From Spartobacteria bacterium (GTDB taxonomy: Bacteria > Verrucomicrobiota > Verrucomicrobiia > Chthoniobacterales > UBA6821): a DNA stretch of 64,000 bases. The notes under the pieces are model-generated. The model searched no databases. It had not been told where the DNA came from and saw nothing but the letters and a program-made list of their open reading frames with translations. Location: assembly GCA_947471565.1 (NCBI GenBank), contig CANIVT010000009.1:31170-95169 (forward strand), given 5' to 3'. Positions 54,052 to 63,277 of the stretch are shown here, in pieces (within the stretch, counting starts at the first letter, position 1; each line of letters begins with the position of its first letter). The translations under genes and the position numbers were made by a program.

Positions 54052-55362
54052 ATGATCCATGACCATCTCCTCATGGCATTCACCGACAAATTTTTCCGTA
54101 AGCTAGTCCTCGATGCATTCTCCCGGGCACGACGCGGTGAGTTGAAGCTCACGATGCCGGGGGGTTCACGTCGCCTCTTTGGCGGATTGGGGAAGGAACT
54201 GCATGCGGAACTGACAGTCCGCGACGAGAACTTCTACCGCCGCTGTGTTCTCTTCGGGCCCATCGGCTTTGCTGAGGCCTATCTCGCAGGAGAATGGGAG
54301 ACTGACGACCTGACCCGCACCCTCGCCTGGTTCATCCTCAACGGCGACTACCTCTCCGGCGTTCGGACACGGGATAACAAGGGGCACGGGCTTTTCGACC
54401 TGCTGGGGACCCTCAACAGGATCACTCACTCGCTCCGGCCCAACAGCAAGACCAAGAGCCGCGACAACATCAGCGAGCACTACGATCTCGGGAACGATTT
54501 CTTCAAACTCTGGCTCGACCCCACGATGACCTATTCGTCGGCCTACTACGACCAGCCGGACCTCACGCTTGAAGAGGCCCAGCGCCGCAAGTGGGAGCGC
54601 CTCTGCGAGAAGATGCAGATCGGCGCCCACGACATGGTGCTGGAGATCGGATGCGGCTGGGGCGGCTTCGCCATTCATGCGGCCAAGACCCGCGGCTGCC
54701 GCGTGACTGCCGCAACCATCAGCCAAGAGCAGTTCCGTGAGGCCACCGCGAGAGTCGAGGCTGCTGGAGTGGCCGATCTGGTGGAGGTCATCTTCTGCGA
54801 CTACCGCGATCTGGCAGGGCGGTTCGACAAGATCGTCTCCATCGAGATGCTTGAGGCGGTCGGTGACCGCTATGCCGAGACCTTTTTTGGGAAAGTGGCC
54901 GCCCTACTTGCTCCGCGCGGCCTGCTCGGCCTGCAGATGATCCTCTGCCCTGACAACCAATACCCGATCCTGCGCGACGGCGTGGACTTCATCCAGAAGC
55001 ACATCTTCCCAGGCTCCCTGCTCATGTCGAATCGCCGCATTACCGAGGCGATGAACGCGACCGGAGATCTCAACCTCCTCGATTACGAGGACATGACGCC
55101 CGACTATGCCAGAACGCTTCTGGAGTGGCGTAAAAACTTCCTCTCCGTTCTGCCGAAGGTGAAGGCCCAGGGATACGATGCGGCCTTCATCCGCAAGTGG
55201 CTCTACTACCTCTGCTACTGCGAGGCCGGTTTCGGCACTCGTCATATTTCGGTGGCACAGGCTGTCTACACGCGGCCCGACAATCTCGACCTGCATTCCC
55301 CAGCCTATGATCTGGGTCATCATCGCGAGAAACCTGCATCTCCCTCATCCCGCACAGCATGA
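54052..55362 (+). CDS. cyclopropane-fatty-acyl-phospholipid synthase family methyltransferase
   Basis: Motifs 'HYDLGNDFFKLWLDPTMTYSSAYY' and SAM motif 'VLEIGCGWGGFA'. Confidence 0.88.
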   Translation: MIHDHLLMAFTDKFFRKLVLDAFSRARRGELKLTMPGGSRRLFGGLGKELHAELTVRDENFYRRCVLFGPIGFAEAYLAGEWETDDLTRTLAWFILNGDYLSGVRTRDNKGHGLFDLLGTLNRITHSLRPNSKTKSRDNISEHYDLGNDFFKLWLDPTMTYSSAYYDQPDLTLEEAQRRKWERLCEKMQIGAHDMVLEIGCGWGGFAIHAAKTRGCRVTAATISQEQFREATARVEAAGVADLVEVIFCDYRDLAGRFDKIVSIEMLEAVGDRYAETFFGKVAALLAPRGLLGLQMILCPDNQYPILRDGVDFIQKHIFPGSLLMSNRRITEAMNATGDLNLLDYEDMTPDYARTLLEWRKNFLSVLPKVKAQGYDAAFIRKWLYYLCYCEAGFGTRHISVAQAVYTRPDNLDLHSPAYDLGHHREKPASPSSRTA

Positions 55363-56144
55363 GTCCACTTTTGCTGCTGGCGATTGCCCTCGGGCTCTCG
55401 AGCCTGCTGATGCTCGGGGTCTGGATTGTGGCGATGCGGATCCGCAACGCAGGAATCGTGGATATCGCCTGGGCGCTCGGCTTCGCTCCGCTCGCCCTGC
55501 TCTACCGGATTTTCAGCGATGGGGAGCCGTCACGCCAGAATCTCGTGACACTGATGGTCGTCCTCTGGAGCCTGCGCTTGGGACTGCACCTCTGGAAACG
55601 CGTGATGGGCCATCACCCTGTGGAGGATGGTCGCTATGCGGAGATGCGCCGCGCAGTCGCGGGTCGCGAAGGAGTGGCGTTCTTCTGGTTCTTCCAGGCC
55701 CAAGCGTTTCTGCTCGTGCTGTTGAGCGTTCCCTGCCTGCTGATCAATGCCGATCCACGGGTGCATCTCGGCGTCACCGATTTTCTTGGCGTCGTCCTCT
55801 GGATCGTGGCGATCGGCGGAGAGAGTCTGGCCGACCGGCAACTCGCAGCCTTTAAGGCAGATCCCGCAAACCGCGGGAAGGCTTGTGATTCCGGTCTCTG
55901 GCATCTCTCCCGGCATCCGAATTACTTCTTCGAGTGGTTGATCTGGGTTGCCCTCTTCGTCATGGCGCTCCCGGCCCCGTGGGGTGTTTTGACTGTTTTT
56001 GCTCCGGCCCTCATGCTTTTCCTCCTGCTCAAGGTCACCGGAATCCCCTACACCGAGCAGCAGTCCGTCCGCTCCAAGGGGGAGGCCTATATCCGCTATC
56101 AACAAACCACCCCGGCCTTCTTTCCTTGGTTTCCAAAAAACTGA
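55359..56144 (+). CDS. DUF1295 membrane protein (steroid 5-alpha-reductase/ICMT-like fold)
   Basis: 'GLWHLSRHPNYFFEWLIWVALF', polytopic. An ATGA overlap links it to the upstream methyltransferase. Confidence 0.82.
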   Translation: MSPLLLLAIALGLSSLLMLGVWIVAMRIRNAGIVDIAWALGFAPLALLYRIFSDGEPSRQNLVTLMVVLWSLRLGLHLWKRVMGHHPVEDGRYAEMRRAVAGREGVAFFWFFQAQAFLLVLLSVPCLLINADPRVHLGVTDFLGVVLWIVAIGGESLADRQLAAFKADPANRGKACDSGLWHLSRHPNYFFEWLIWVALFVMALPAPWGVLTVFAPALMLFLLLKVTGIPYTEQQSVRSKGEAYIRYQQTTPAFFPWFPKN

Positions 56145-56153
56145 TTATCTCTT

Positions 56154-57188
56154 ATGAGCCTCCTCGACTCGCTTCTCTCCACCGGACTCGTTCCCGACTT
56201 CCTCATCCGCAAAGGGATCCGTCACCTGCTCACCGCAAAGCTACGGGAGGAGGGACGGGGCACCGTCGAGGAACGTGCCGAACGTTTTTCCGCATTCCGC
56301 GCGGGCCTCGATACCTCGCCGATCGCGGTCAATACAGCCGACGCCAATGAGCAGCACTACCAGGTACCGACCGAGTTTTATCTCAACTCCCTAGGCCCCA
56401 GGCTCAAATACAGTAGCGGCTACTGGCCCTCGGCGAAGACAACTTTCCTCGAGTCGGAGGAAGCGATGCTCGCCCTGACCTGCGAACGCGCGGAACTCAA
56501 GGATGGACAGAAGATCCTGGAGCTCGGCTGCGGCTGGGGATCACTCACCTTCTGGATGGCCGAGCATTATCCCAAAGCCTCGATCACCGCCGTCTCCAAC
56601 TCCTACACCCAGCGCCTCCACCTTGAGGCCGAAGCCCTCCGCCGTGAGCTCTACAACGTGCGCGTCATCACGGCCGACATGAATTCCTTCGCCCCACCTG
56701 AGCCGGGCACCTATGACCGGGTCGTCTCGGTGGAGATGTTTGAGCACATGAAGAACTACCGTGAGCTGATGAAGCGTATCGCCAGATGGCTCAAGGCCGA
56801 CGGCAAACTCTTCGTTCATATCTTCACGCATCGCGAATACGCTTACCACTTCGAGGGGAAGGATCCCTCCGACTGGATCACCCGTTATTTCTTCTCGGGA
56901 GGCACGATGCCCTCGCACGACCTATTGCTCTATTATCAGGACGATCTCCGGATCGAGCGCGACTGGAAAGTAAGCGGCACCCACTACGCTAGGACCTCCG
57001 AGGCGTGGCTCCAAACGATGGATGCCAACGAGCAGATCATCACTCCGATCCTGGAAAAAACCTATGGCCGCGAGAATGCAGATAAGTGGAGGGCCTACTG
57101 GCGCATCTTCTTCATGTCGTGCGCGGAGCTCTGGGGTTACCGGAACGGCGAAGAATGGCTTGTCTCCCACTATCTTTTTAAAAAGTGA
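56154..57188 (+). CDS. second CMAS/cfa-family SAM-dependent methyltransferase
   Basis: Motifs 'HYQVPTEFYLNSLGPRLKYSSGYW', 'ILELGCGWGSL' and 'VSVEMFEHM'. Starts 9 nt after the DUF1295 gene. Confidence 0.85.
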   Translation: MSLLDSLLSTGLVPDFLIRKGIRHLLTAKLREEGRGTVEERAERFSAFRAGLDTSPIAVNTADANEQHYQVPTEFYLNSLGPRLKYSSGYWPSAKTTFLESEEAMLALTCERAELKDGQKILELGCGWGSLTFWMAEHYPKASITAVSNSYTQRLHLEAEALRRELYNVRVITADMNSFAPPEPGTYDRVVSVEMFEHMKNYRELMKRIARWLKADGKLFVHIFTHREYAYHFEGKDPSDWITRYFFSGGTMPSHDLLLYYQDDLRIERDWKVSGTHYARTSEAWLQTMDANEQIITPILEKTYGRENADKWRAYWRIFFMSCAELWGYRNGEEWLVSHYLFKK

Positions 57189-57300
57189 AGAGAAGTTGAA
57201 GAGTTGAGTTGATGAAGAGATAAAAGGTGACGTCCCAAAATATCCCGCTCCCCGGACCCCAAAAGCCTTCAGCCTAAACCGCTAATAGCCCCTCTTCCTC

Positions 57301-58413
57301 ATGCCTCGCATCCTCATTTTGACCGCCAGCTTCGGCGAGGGCCATAACACGGCCGCCCGCTGCATCGCGGAGGCCCTACGAGAGAACGAGGGTGTCGAGG
57401 TCCGCACGGCCGATGTTTATCTGGAGACAGTGCCGCGCTTTACCAAGGTGCTGCAGGCGGGCTACGGGCTCGCCATTAACAAGTATCCCTTCATCTGGAG
57501 CGCGATCTTCAACTTCCTCGATCAGCCGGGGAAACTCGAGGCGACCCTACCCTTTGCGGCAAATCTCCGTGAGGCGGTCCGCCGGATCGTCGGCGAGTTC
57601 CGACCCGACGTCATCGTCTCCACGTATCCGCTCTACGCCTATCTGCTACGGGAACTCCGCAAGCGCGGCTATGGTCCGTCCAAAGTCCCGCTATTCACCA
57701 TCGTCACCGATTCTACCGCCATCAATTCCTCCTGGTACCGCGCCGGCAGCGAATGCTTCGTCGTGGCCGACGAGGAGACGTCGGCTGTTCTCCGCAAGGG
57801 AGGCGTGGAGGAAAAGTTTCTCAAAACTCTCGGATTCCCCGTTGCCCCCCGACTTGCATCCCTTAAGCCACTGGGGCCTATTATTCATGGCGCCAAGAGA
57901 ATCCTCTATCTCCCCTCCTCGAGGGTGGCCCACACGGTCTCGGTGATCAGGGAACTCCAGAAGCTTCCCGGGACAGAAATCACCGTCGTGACGGGTCGGC
58001 TTACAGGTTTGCATGAATCACTCCAGGCCTCAGGAGTGATCGATGGTGTCCGCACACATCTTATCGGCTGGACCGACAAGATCCCCGAGCTTCTCTGCTC
58101 GCATCACCTCTACATCGGAAAAGCTGGCGGTGCGATCGTGCACGAGGCGATGGCCGCTCGGTGCCCGATCCTCGTAAGTCATGTCGTTCCCGGCCAGGAG
58201 GAGGGCAACATCGAGCTGATCGAGCGTCACGATATCGGCCGCCTTGCGGCCCATTACCCTGCAGCACTAGCGGCCTCCGTGGATGAGGTGTTTGCCTCCG
58301 ATGCGGCTACCTGGAAGCGTTGGAAAGAAAACCTTGCGTCCATTTCGAAACCGGCCGCCAGCCGTGACATCGCCGCAGCCGTGATTGGAGCCGCTACGGC
58401 AGGAGCCGCCTGA
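57301..58413 (+). CDS. MGDG-synthase-family (GT28-like) diacylglycerol glycosyltransferase
   Basis: 'ILILTASFGEGHNTAA' at the N-terminus and C-terminal 'GKAGGAIVHEAMAARCPIL'. Confidence 0.8.
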   Translation: MPRILILTASFGEGHNTAARCIAEALRENEGVEVRTADVYLETVPRFTKVLQAGYGLAINKYPFIWSAIFNFLDQPGKLEATLPFAANLREAVRRIVGEFRPDVIVSTYPLYAYLLRELRKRGYGPSKVPLFTIVTDSTAINSSWYRAGSECFVVADEETSAVLRKGGVEEKFLKTLGFPVAPRLASLKPLGPIIHGAKRILYLPSSRVAHTVSVIRELQKLPGTEITVVTGRLTGLHESLQASGVIDGVRTHLIGWTDKIPELLCSHHLYIGKAGGAIVHEAMAARCPILVSHVVPGQEEGNIELIERHDIGRLAAHYPAALAASVDEVFASDAATWKRWKENLASISKPAASRDIAAAVIGAATAGAA

Positions 58414-58417
58414 TTGA

Positions 58418-58699
58418 TTATCGGGAGACGTCGGAGGGACGCCCGATCAACTGTGCGAAGTAGAGATCGCTGTTCCAGGTCGTCACGGAGATACCCCCCA
58501 CGGGCTGCCATCCTTTGGAAAGGTGGTACTGGAGATCGTCATTGAAGGGCTGCTTGAACCCTGAAAGCACCTTGTATTCCGCGTAGGACCCGGAGAGGGA
58601 TTGGGCGGCATTAGCTCCGGGCTGAGGTGCAGCCATGAGGAGCACGGGCGACAGGAGCAGAAGCAGTGAGGCAACTGTGTTTCGGAGAAGGGTATTCAT
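58418..58699 (-). CDS. hypothetical small secreted protein
   Basis: Starting at ATG 58699 gives the signal peptide 'MNTLLRNTVASLLLLLSPVLLMAA'; 93 aa. Confidence 0.45.
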   Translation of the reverse strand: MNTLLRNTVASLLLLLSPVLLMAAPQPGANAAQSLSGSYAEYKVLSGFKQPFNDDLQYHLSKGWQPVGGISVTTWNSDLYFAQLIGRPSDVSR

Positions 58700-58709
58700 G
58701 GGAGTGGAT

Positions 58710-60431
58710 TCAGAATAGATCCGGATAGCGCGTTCTCGCCAGCCCCGTTGTGCGCGCATAGATCTCGGCGGCACGATCGCCGGAGAGAGCGTGGCCGACG
58801 ATCTGTCTGCAGGCCTCCATGTCGAGGCTCCGGATCGCCTTCTTGATGCGCGGCACCATGGCGGCACCCGTGCTCAGCTCATCAATGCCCAGTCCTAGCA
58901 GGAGAGGAGTGAACTCGAGATCGCCAGCAAGTTCGCCGCAGACCCCGACCCAGATGCCGGCTTCATGCGCGGCATCGACGACGCTTTTGAGGATCCGAAC
59001 AACAGCGGGATTGGCGGGATCGTGAAGGTGGGCGATTCGCTCGTTTCCACGGTCTACCGCCATCAGGTACTGCAGCAGGTCGTTGGTTCCTATGCTGAAG
59101 AACTTCACTTCCCGTGCCAGCATCCCCGCCATGATCGCGGCACTCGGCACCTCGATCATCAGGCCAAGTTCGACATCCTCACGAAACGGCGTGCCGGCAT
59201 CGCGCAGTTCGGAGGCGGCTTCTGCCAGCAATGCTTTGGCATGGAGGAGTTCCTCCAGGCCCGAGATCATCGGGAACATCATCTTGATGTTCCCATGAAT
59301 TCCGGCACGCAGGATTGCGCGGAGCTGGGTCTTGAAAATTTCCGGGTGCCTCAGGCAGAAACGGATCGCACGGCAGCCGAGAAAGGGATTCTCCTCGTGG
59401 CCCAGGTCAAGGCATTCGGTCGGCTTATCACCGCCGATATCGAGTGTGCGGATGATCACGGGATGGGGCGCCACGCGCTCAGCCACTTGCCGGTAGACGG
59501 CGTACTGCTCTTCCTCGTCAGGCGGCACGGTACGGTTGAAATAAAGGAACTCCGTGCGATAAAGACCGATGCCCTCGGCGCCGCTTGCCGCGACCTCGTC
59601 CAGTTCCTCGGGAATCTCGATATTGGCTGCAAGCGTGATGCGCCGTCCGTCCCAAGTCACCGGGTCCAGTTCCCTCAGATCTTCCAGCCCTTCGTCGACG
59701 TGTTCCTTTTGCTCGGCGAGCGACTGATAGCCGGCACGGGTCTCGGGCGAGGGATTGAGGAAGATCTTCCCGCTGTAGCCGTCCATCAGAATGGTGCACC
59801 CATTCTCCAGACGCGATGTGATATTCTCCAGGCCAACGATGGCGGGGATGCCGAGGGCTCGCGCCATGATCGCGGTGTGGGAGGTCTTGCTTCCTTTCTC
59901 GGTGACAAATCCGGCGACATTATCGCGGTTGAGCGTCGCCGTGTCGGAAGGTGTCAGTTCGTCGGCCACGATGATGTGGCTGCGATCATGTCCGCCCAGG
60001 CGCTGGCCGGATTTGCCAAGCAGGTGGCGCAGCACGCGGCGCGTCACATCCTCGAGATCGATCGCCCTCTCCCGGAGGTAGGGATCATCGATCGAGGCAA
60101 GCGTCCGGATGAATTTTTGGGAGACCGAGTGAAAAACGAATTCGGCGTTGTGCCGTTCCTTGCGGATCAGCCTGAAGACCTCTTCGATCAGACTGGGGTC
60201 CTCAAGCACCAGCAGATGGGCGTCAAAAATCCCTGCATCTCCCGCTGCGGGCGACTGGGCTAGGCGTTCCTGAAGCGCTTTCAGCTCCCCCCTTGTTGCA
60301 AACAAAGCTGCTTCAAAACGAGCAACTTCCGCATCCAATTCACTCTCTTGGAGATCCCGGAAAGGCAGGGCTTCTTCTTCCTGCTGATGGATTAGGACCT
60401 TCCCTTCCGCGATGCCGGGGGCCACGGCCAT
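58710..60431 (-). CDS. ptsI: phosphoenolpyruvate-protein phosphotransferase (PTS enzyme I)
   Basis: Motifs 'GSKTSHTAIMARALGIPA' (active-site His), 'GLYRTEFL' and 'FFSIGTNDLLQY'. I place the start at ATG 60431 ('MAVAPGIAEG'). The maximal ORF reaches 60611. Confidence 0.86.
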   Translation of the reverse strand: MAVAPGIAEGKVLIHQQEEEALPFRDLQESELDAEVARFEAALFATRGELKALQERLAQSPAAGDAGIFDAHLLVLEDPSLIEEVFRLIRKERHNAEFVFHSVSQKFIRTLASIDDPYLRERAIDLEDVTRRVLRHLLGKSGQRLGGHDRSHIIVADELTPSDTATLNRDNVAGFVTEKGSKTSHTAIMARALGIPAIVGLENITSRLENGCTILMDGYSGKIFLNPSPETRAGYQSLAEQKEHVDEGLEDLRELDPVTWDGRRITLAANIEIPEELDEVAASGAEGIGLYRTEFLYFNRTVPPDEEEQYAVYRQVAERVAPHPVIIRTLDIGGDKPTECLDLGHEENPFLGCRAIRFCLRHPEIFKTQLRAILRAGIHGNIKMMFPMISGLEELLHAKALLAEAASELRDAGTPFREDVELGLMIEVPSAAIMAGMLAREVKFFSIGTNDLLQYLMAVDRGNERIAHLHDPANPAVVRILKSVVDAAHEAGIWVGVCGELAGDLEFTPLLLGLGIDELSTGAAMVPRIKKAIRSLDMEACRQIVGHALSGDRAAEIYARTTGLARTRYPDLF

Positions 60432-60651
60432 CCCGCGGAAAACAACCTCCTTCCCTTGGGAGGGGGAGGTTTGTTGCTCAGGGGCTGATCCGGGCTGAAA
60501 ATCCACGGGTATGGGCTTACAGGAGCGCGCCCCGGTGGTCAAAGATGGAATCGACCCAGACGTGGGAAGCACCGGCAAAGTATTTCCGATCCGGCGCGCC
60601 TTTTGCTTCACGAAAACTTGATAGACCCGTTCCCTGAATTATTCTTTCACG

Positions 60652-61791
60652 ATGTCCGCCGATCCTACCGCTCTTTATTCCCGCAAGAATCCCTTTCCTG
60701 CCAAGCTCAAGACGAACCGCAAGCTGACCGCCGAAGGCTCGGCCAAAGACACGCGTCACTTTGAGATCGTCCTCGAAGGATCCGGCCTTGCCTATGAGGT
60801 GGGTGATTCTCTCGGGGTTTTCCCCACGAACAATCCCGCACTCGTCGAAGAGATCCTGAGCGTGCTGGGCTTCCATGGCGAGGAGCAGGTTGCCGATCCG
60901 AACGGGAAGACGGTCACGATCCGTGAGGCGCTAACCTCCCACTACGTCATCACGCAAAAGGACAAGAAACTCCTGGCCGCCATCGCCGAGAAGGATCCCT
61001 CCGCAGCCCACTTCGTCGCGATGACAACGCCCGAGGGGAAGGCCGAGTTGGATGCCTATGTCTGGGGCCGTGAAGTCATCGATCCGCTGCTGGCCCATCC
61101 CGCTGCAAAGTTCACTCCGGATGAGTTTGTGAAGTGCCTGCGCAAGCTGCAGCCGCGCCTCTACTCGATCGCCTCCTCGCAGAAGGCCCACCCTTCCGAG
61201 GTTCATCTCACGGTGGCCGCAGTCCGCTATGAGAGCCATGGCCGCAAGCGCGAGGGAGTCTGCTCCACATTCCTTTCAGACCGTGCCGAGACAGTGCCCG
61301 TCTTCGTCCACACCGCGAAGCATTTCCGAGTTCCCGAGGATCTCTCGACCCACGTGATCATGGTCGGGCCCGGAACCGGCATTGCGCCGTTCATGGCATT
61401 CCTTCAAGAGCGCAAGGTCTCCGGCGCTTCCGGCAAAAACTGGCTCTTCTTTGGCGACCAGAAGGCCGCAACCGACTTTCTCTACCGCGAGGAACTCGAG
61501 GGCTGGCAGAACGAGGGGATCCTTCACAAGCTCTCCACCGCCTTCTCCCGCGATCAGAGTGAGAAGATCTACGTGCAGCACCGCATGCTGGAGGCCGCCG
61601 AGGAGCTCTACGCATGGCTTGAGCAGGGAGCTTATTTCTATATCTGCGGCGATGCCTCGCGCATGGCCAAGGATGTCGACACGGCCCTGCACCAGGTCGT
61701 CGAGAAGGCCGGCGGCAAATCGCCCGAGGAGTCTGCTGCCTACGTCGAGGAGCTGAAAAAGTCGAAGCGCTACCGCAAGGACGTCTACTAG
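60652..61791 (+). CDS. CysJ-like FAD/NADPH-binding flavoprotein lacking the flavodoxin domain
   Basis: Motifs 'RLYSIASS', 'GVCSTFL', 'MVGPGTGIAPFMAF' and 'YICGDASRMAKDV', with the terminal 'DVY'. Confidence 0.85.
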   Translation: MSADPTALYSRKNPFPAKLKTNRKLTAEGSAKDTRHFEIVLEGSGLAYEVGDSLGVFPTNNPALVEEILSVLGFHGEEQVADPNGKTVTIREALTSHYVITQKDKKLLAAIAEKDPSAAHFVAMTTPEGKAELDAYVWGREVIDPLLAHPAAKFTPDEFVKCLRKLQPRLYSIASSQKAHPSEVHLTVAAVRYESHGRKREGVCSTFLSDRAETVPVFVHTAKHFRVPEDLSTHVIMVGPGTGIAPFMAFLQERKVSGASGKNWLFFGDQKAATDFLYREELEGWQNEGILHKLSTAFSRDQSEKIYVQHRMLEAAEELYAWLEQGAYFYICGDASRMAKDVDTALHQVVEKAGGKSPEESAAYVEELKKSKRYRKDVY

Positions 61792-61857
61792 GAGTGGCCC
61801 CGCTCCTCTTAGTCTCTCGAACTTCTTCCAGCCAATTCTTCGATCCCCTTTATCCCT

Positions 61858-63258
61858 GTGAGTAAACCCGCCGCACGCCGCGTCCATTTCCTAGGCATCT
61901 GCGGTACGGCGATGGGTGCCGTCGCAGCGAGCATGAAGGAACAGGGGTGGATCGTCACCGGTTCCGACAATCAGGCCTATCCGCCGATGAGCGACTTCCT
62001 CGCCTCGCGCGGGATCGAGGTCTTCTCCGGATTTCGTCCTGAGAATCTCCCCAAGGAGGAGGCCCTCATCGTGGTCGGCAACGCGATCTCCCGCGGCAAT
62101 CCTGAGGTGGAGGCGGTCCTTAACCTGAAGCTCAACTACGCCTCGCTCCCCGAGGTGCTCCGCGCGCATTTCCTACGAGGGCGTCACAACATCGTCATCA
62201 CCGGCACCCATGGGAAGACCACGACGACCTCGATGACCGCATGGATCCTCGAGCATGCCGGGAAGAATCCCTCCTACCTGATCGGCGGTATCCCAGCCAA
62301 CCTCGGCCAGGGCGCCTGCCTGCGCGACGAGAAGAGTTCGCGCCACTTCGTGATCGAGGGGGACGAATACGACACCGCCTTCTTTGACAAGCGCTCCAAG
62401 TTCCTGCACTACCTGCCGGAGCTCGTTGTGGTGAACAACATCGAGTTTGACCATGCCGACATCTTCGAGAACCTCGATGCGATCAAGTTGAGCTTTCGTA
62501 GGCTTCTCAACGTCGTGCCGACCGAGGGGATGGTCCTCGTAAACGCGGATGATCCGAACTGCCTTGATGTCGCCCGCAACTGCCATGCCCCGATCGTCGA
62601 GGTCGGGTTCTCCGAGAATGCGGGCAACAGGATCCTGAATCCGTGGCAGAAAGAGGGCCGGAGCGGCTTTGAACTCTTCGGCGAGCAGTTCGAGATTCCA
62701 ATGTCTGGCGAGTTCAACATCCGCAACGCCGCGATGGCGGTCTCCGCGGCCCACTTCTACGGCGTCCCGACAGCCGTCATCCGAGCGGCGCTCCTGCAGT
62801 TCCGAGGCATCAAGCGACGCCAAGAAGTCCGCGGTGTGGTCGGCGGCATCACGATCATCGACGATTTCGGGCATCACCCCACCGCCATCCGGCAGACCCT
62901 CGAGGGGCTCGCAAAGCACTATGCCGGCGCCCGGCTCTGGGCTCTCTTCGAGCCGCGTTCGAACACGACCCGCCGCGCCGTCTTCCAAGAGGAGTTCCCA
63001 AAGGCCTTCGCCGCGGCCCATGGTGTCGTCATCGGCGAAGTGAATCGCGCAGCCGATCTCCAGCCCGAGGAGCGCCTCGATGCGGAGCGGCTCATTGCCG
63101 ATCTGGTGAAAGCAGGCAAGCCCGCGTTTCACGAGCCCTCAGCCGAGAGGATCATCGAGCAACTCCGTCCCCAGTTGAAGAAAGGCGATGTCCTGGTGGT
63201 GCTCAGCAACGGTGCCTTCGACGGCCTCCACACCAAGCTTCTAGCGGCACTTGCCTGA
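61858..63258 (+). CDS. mpl: UDP-N-acetylmuramate:L-alanyl-gamma-D-glutamyl-meso-DAP ligase
   Basis: 'HFLGICGTAMGAVA', 'ITGTHGKTTT' and the overall Mur ligase layout. GTG start. Confidence 0.9.
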   Translation: MSKPAARRVHFLGICGTAMGAVAASMKEQGWIVTGSDNQAYPPMSDFLASRGIEVFSGFRPENLPKEEALIVVGNAISRGNPEVEAVLNLKLNYASLPEVLRAHFLRGRHNIVITGTHGKTTTTSMTAWILEHAGKNPSYLIGGIPANLGQGACLRDEKSSRHFVIEGDEYDTAFFDKRSKFLHYLPELVVVNNIEFDHADIFENLDAIKLSFRRLLNVVPTEGMVLVNADDPNCLDVARNCHAPIVEVGFSENAGNRILNPWQKEGRSGFELFGEQFEIPMSGEFNIRNAAMAVSAAHFYGVPTAVIRAALLQFRGIKRRQEVRGVVGGITIIDDFGHHPTAIRQTLEGLAKHYAGARLWALFEPRSNTTRRAVFQEEFPKAFAAAHGVVIGEVNRAADLQPEERLDAERLIADLVKAGKPAFHEPSAERIIEQLRPQLKKGDVLVVLSNGAFDGLHTKLLAALA

Positions 63259-63277
63259 GAGTCTCACCGCCGTCCGA

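Noticed and set aside
60432-60611. 60-aa N-terminal extension of ptsI
   Set aside because: The extension is low-complexity and unlike Enzyme I N-termini, whereas 'MAVAPGIAEG' matches the usual EI beginning. I cannot exclude the longer form without homolog alignment.
62173-63132. 319-aa minus-strand ORF inside mpl
   Set aside because: It is antisense to a clear Mur-ligase-family gene.
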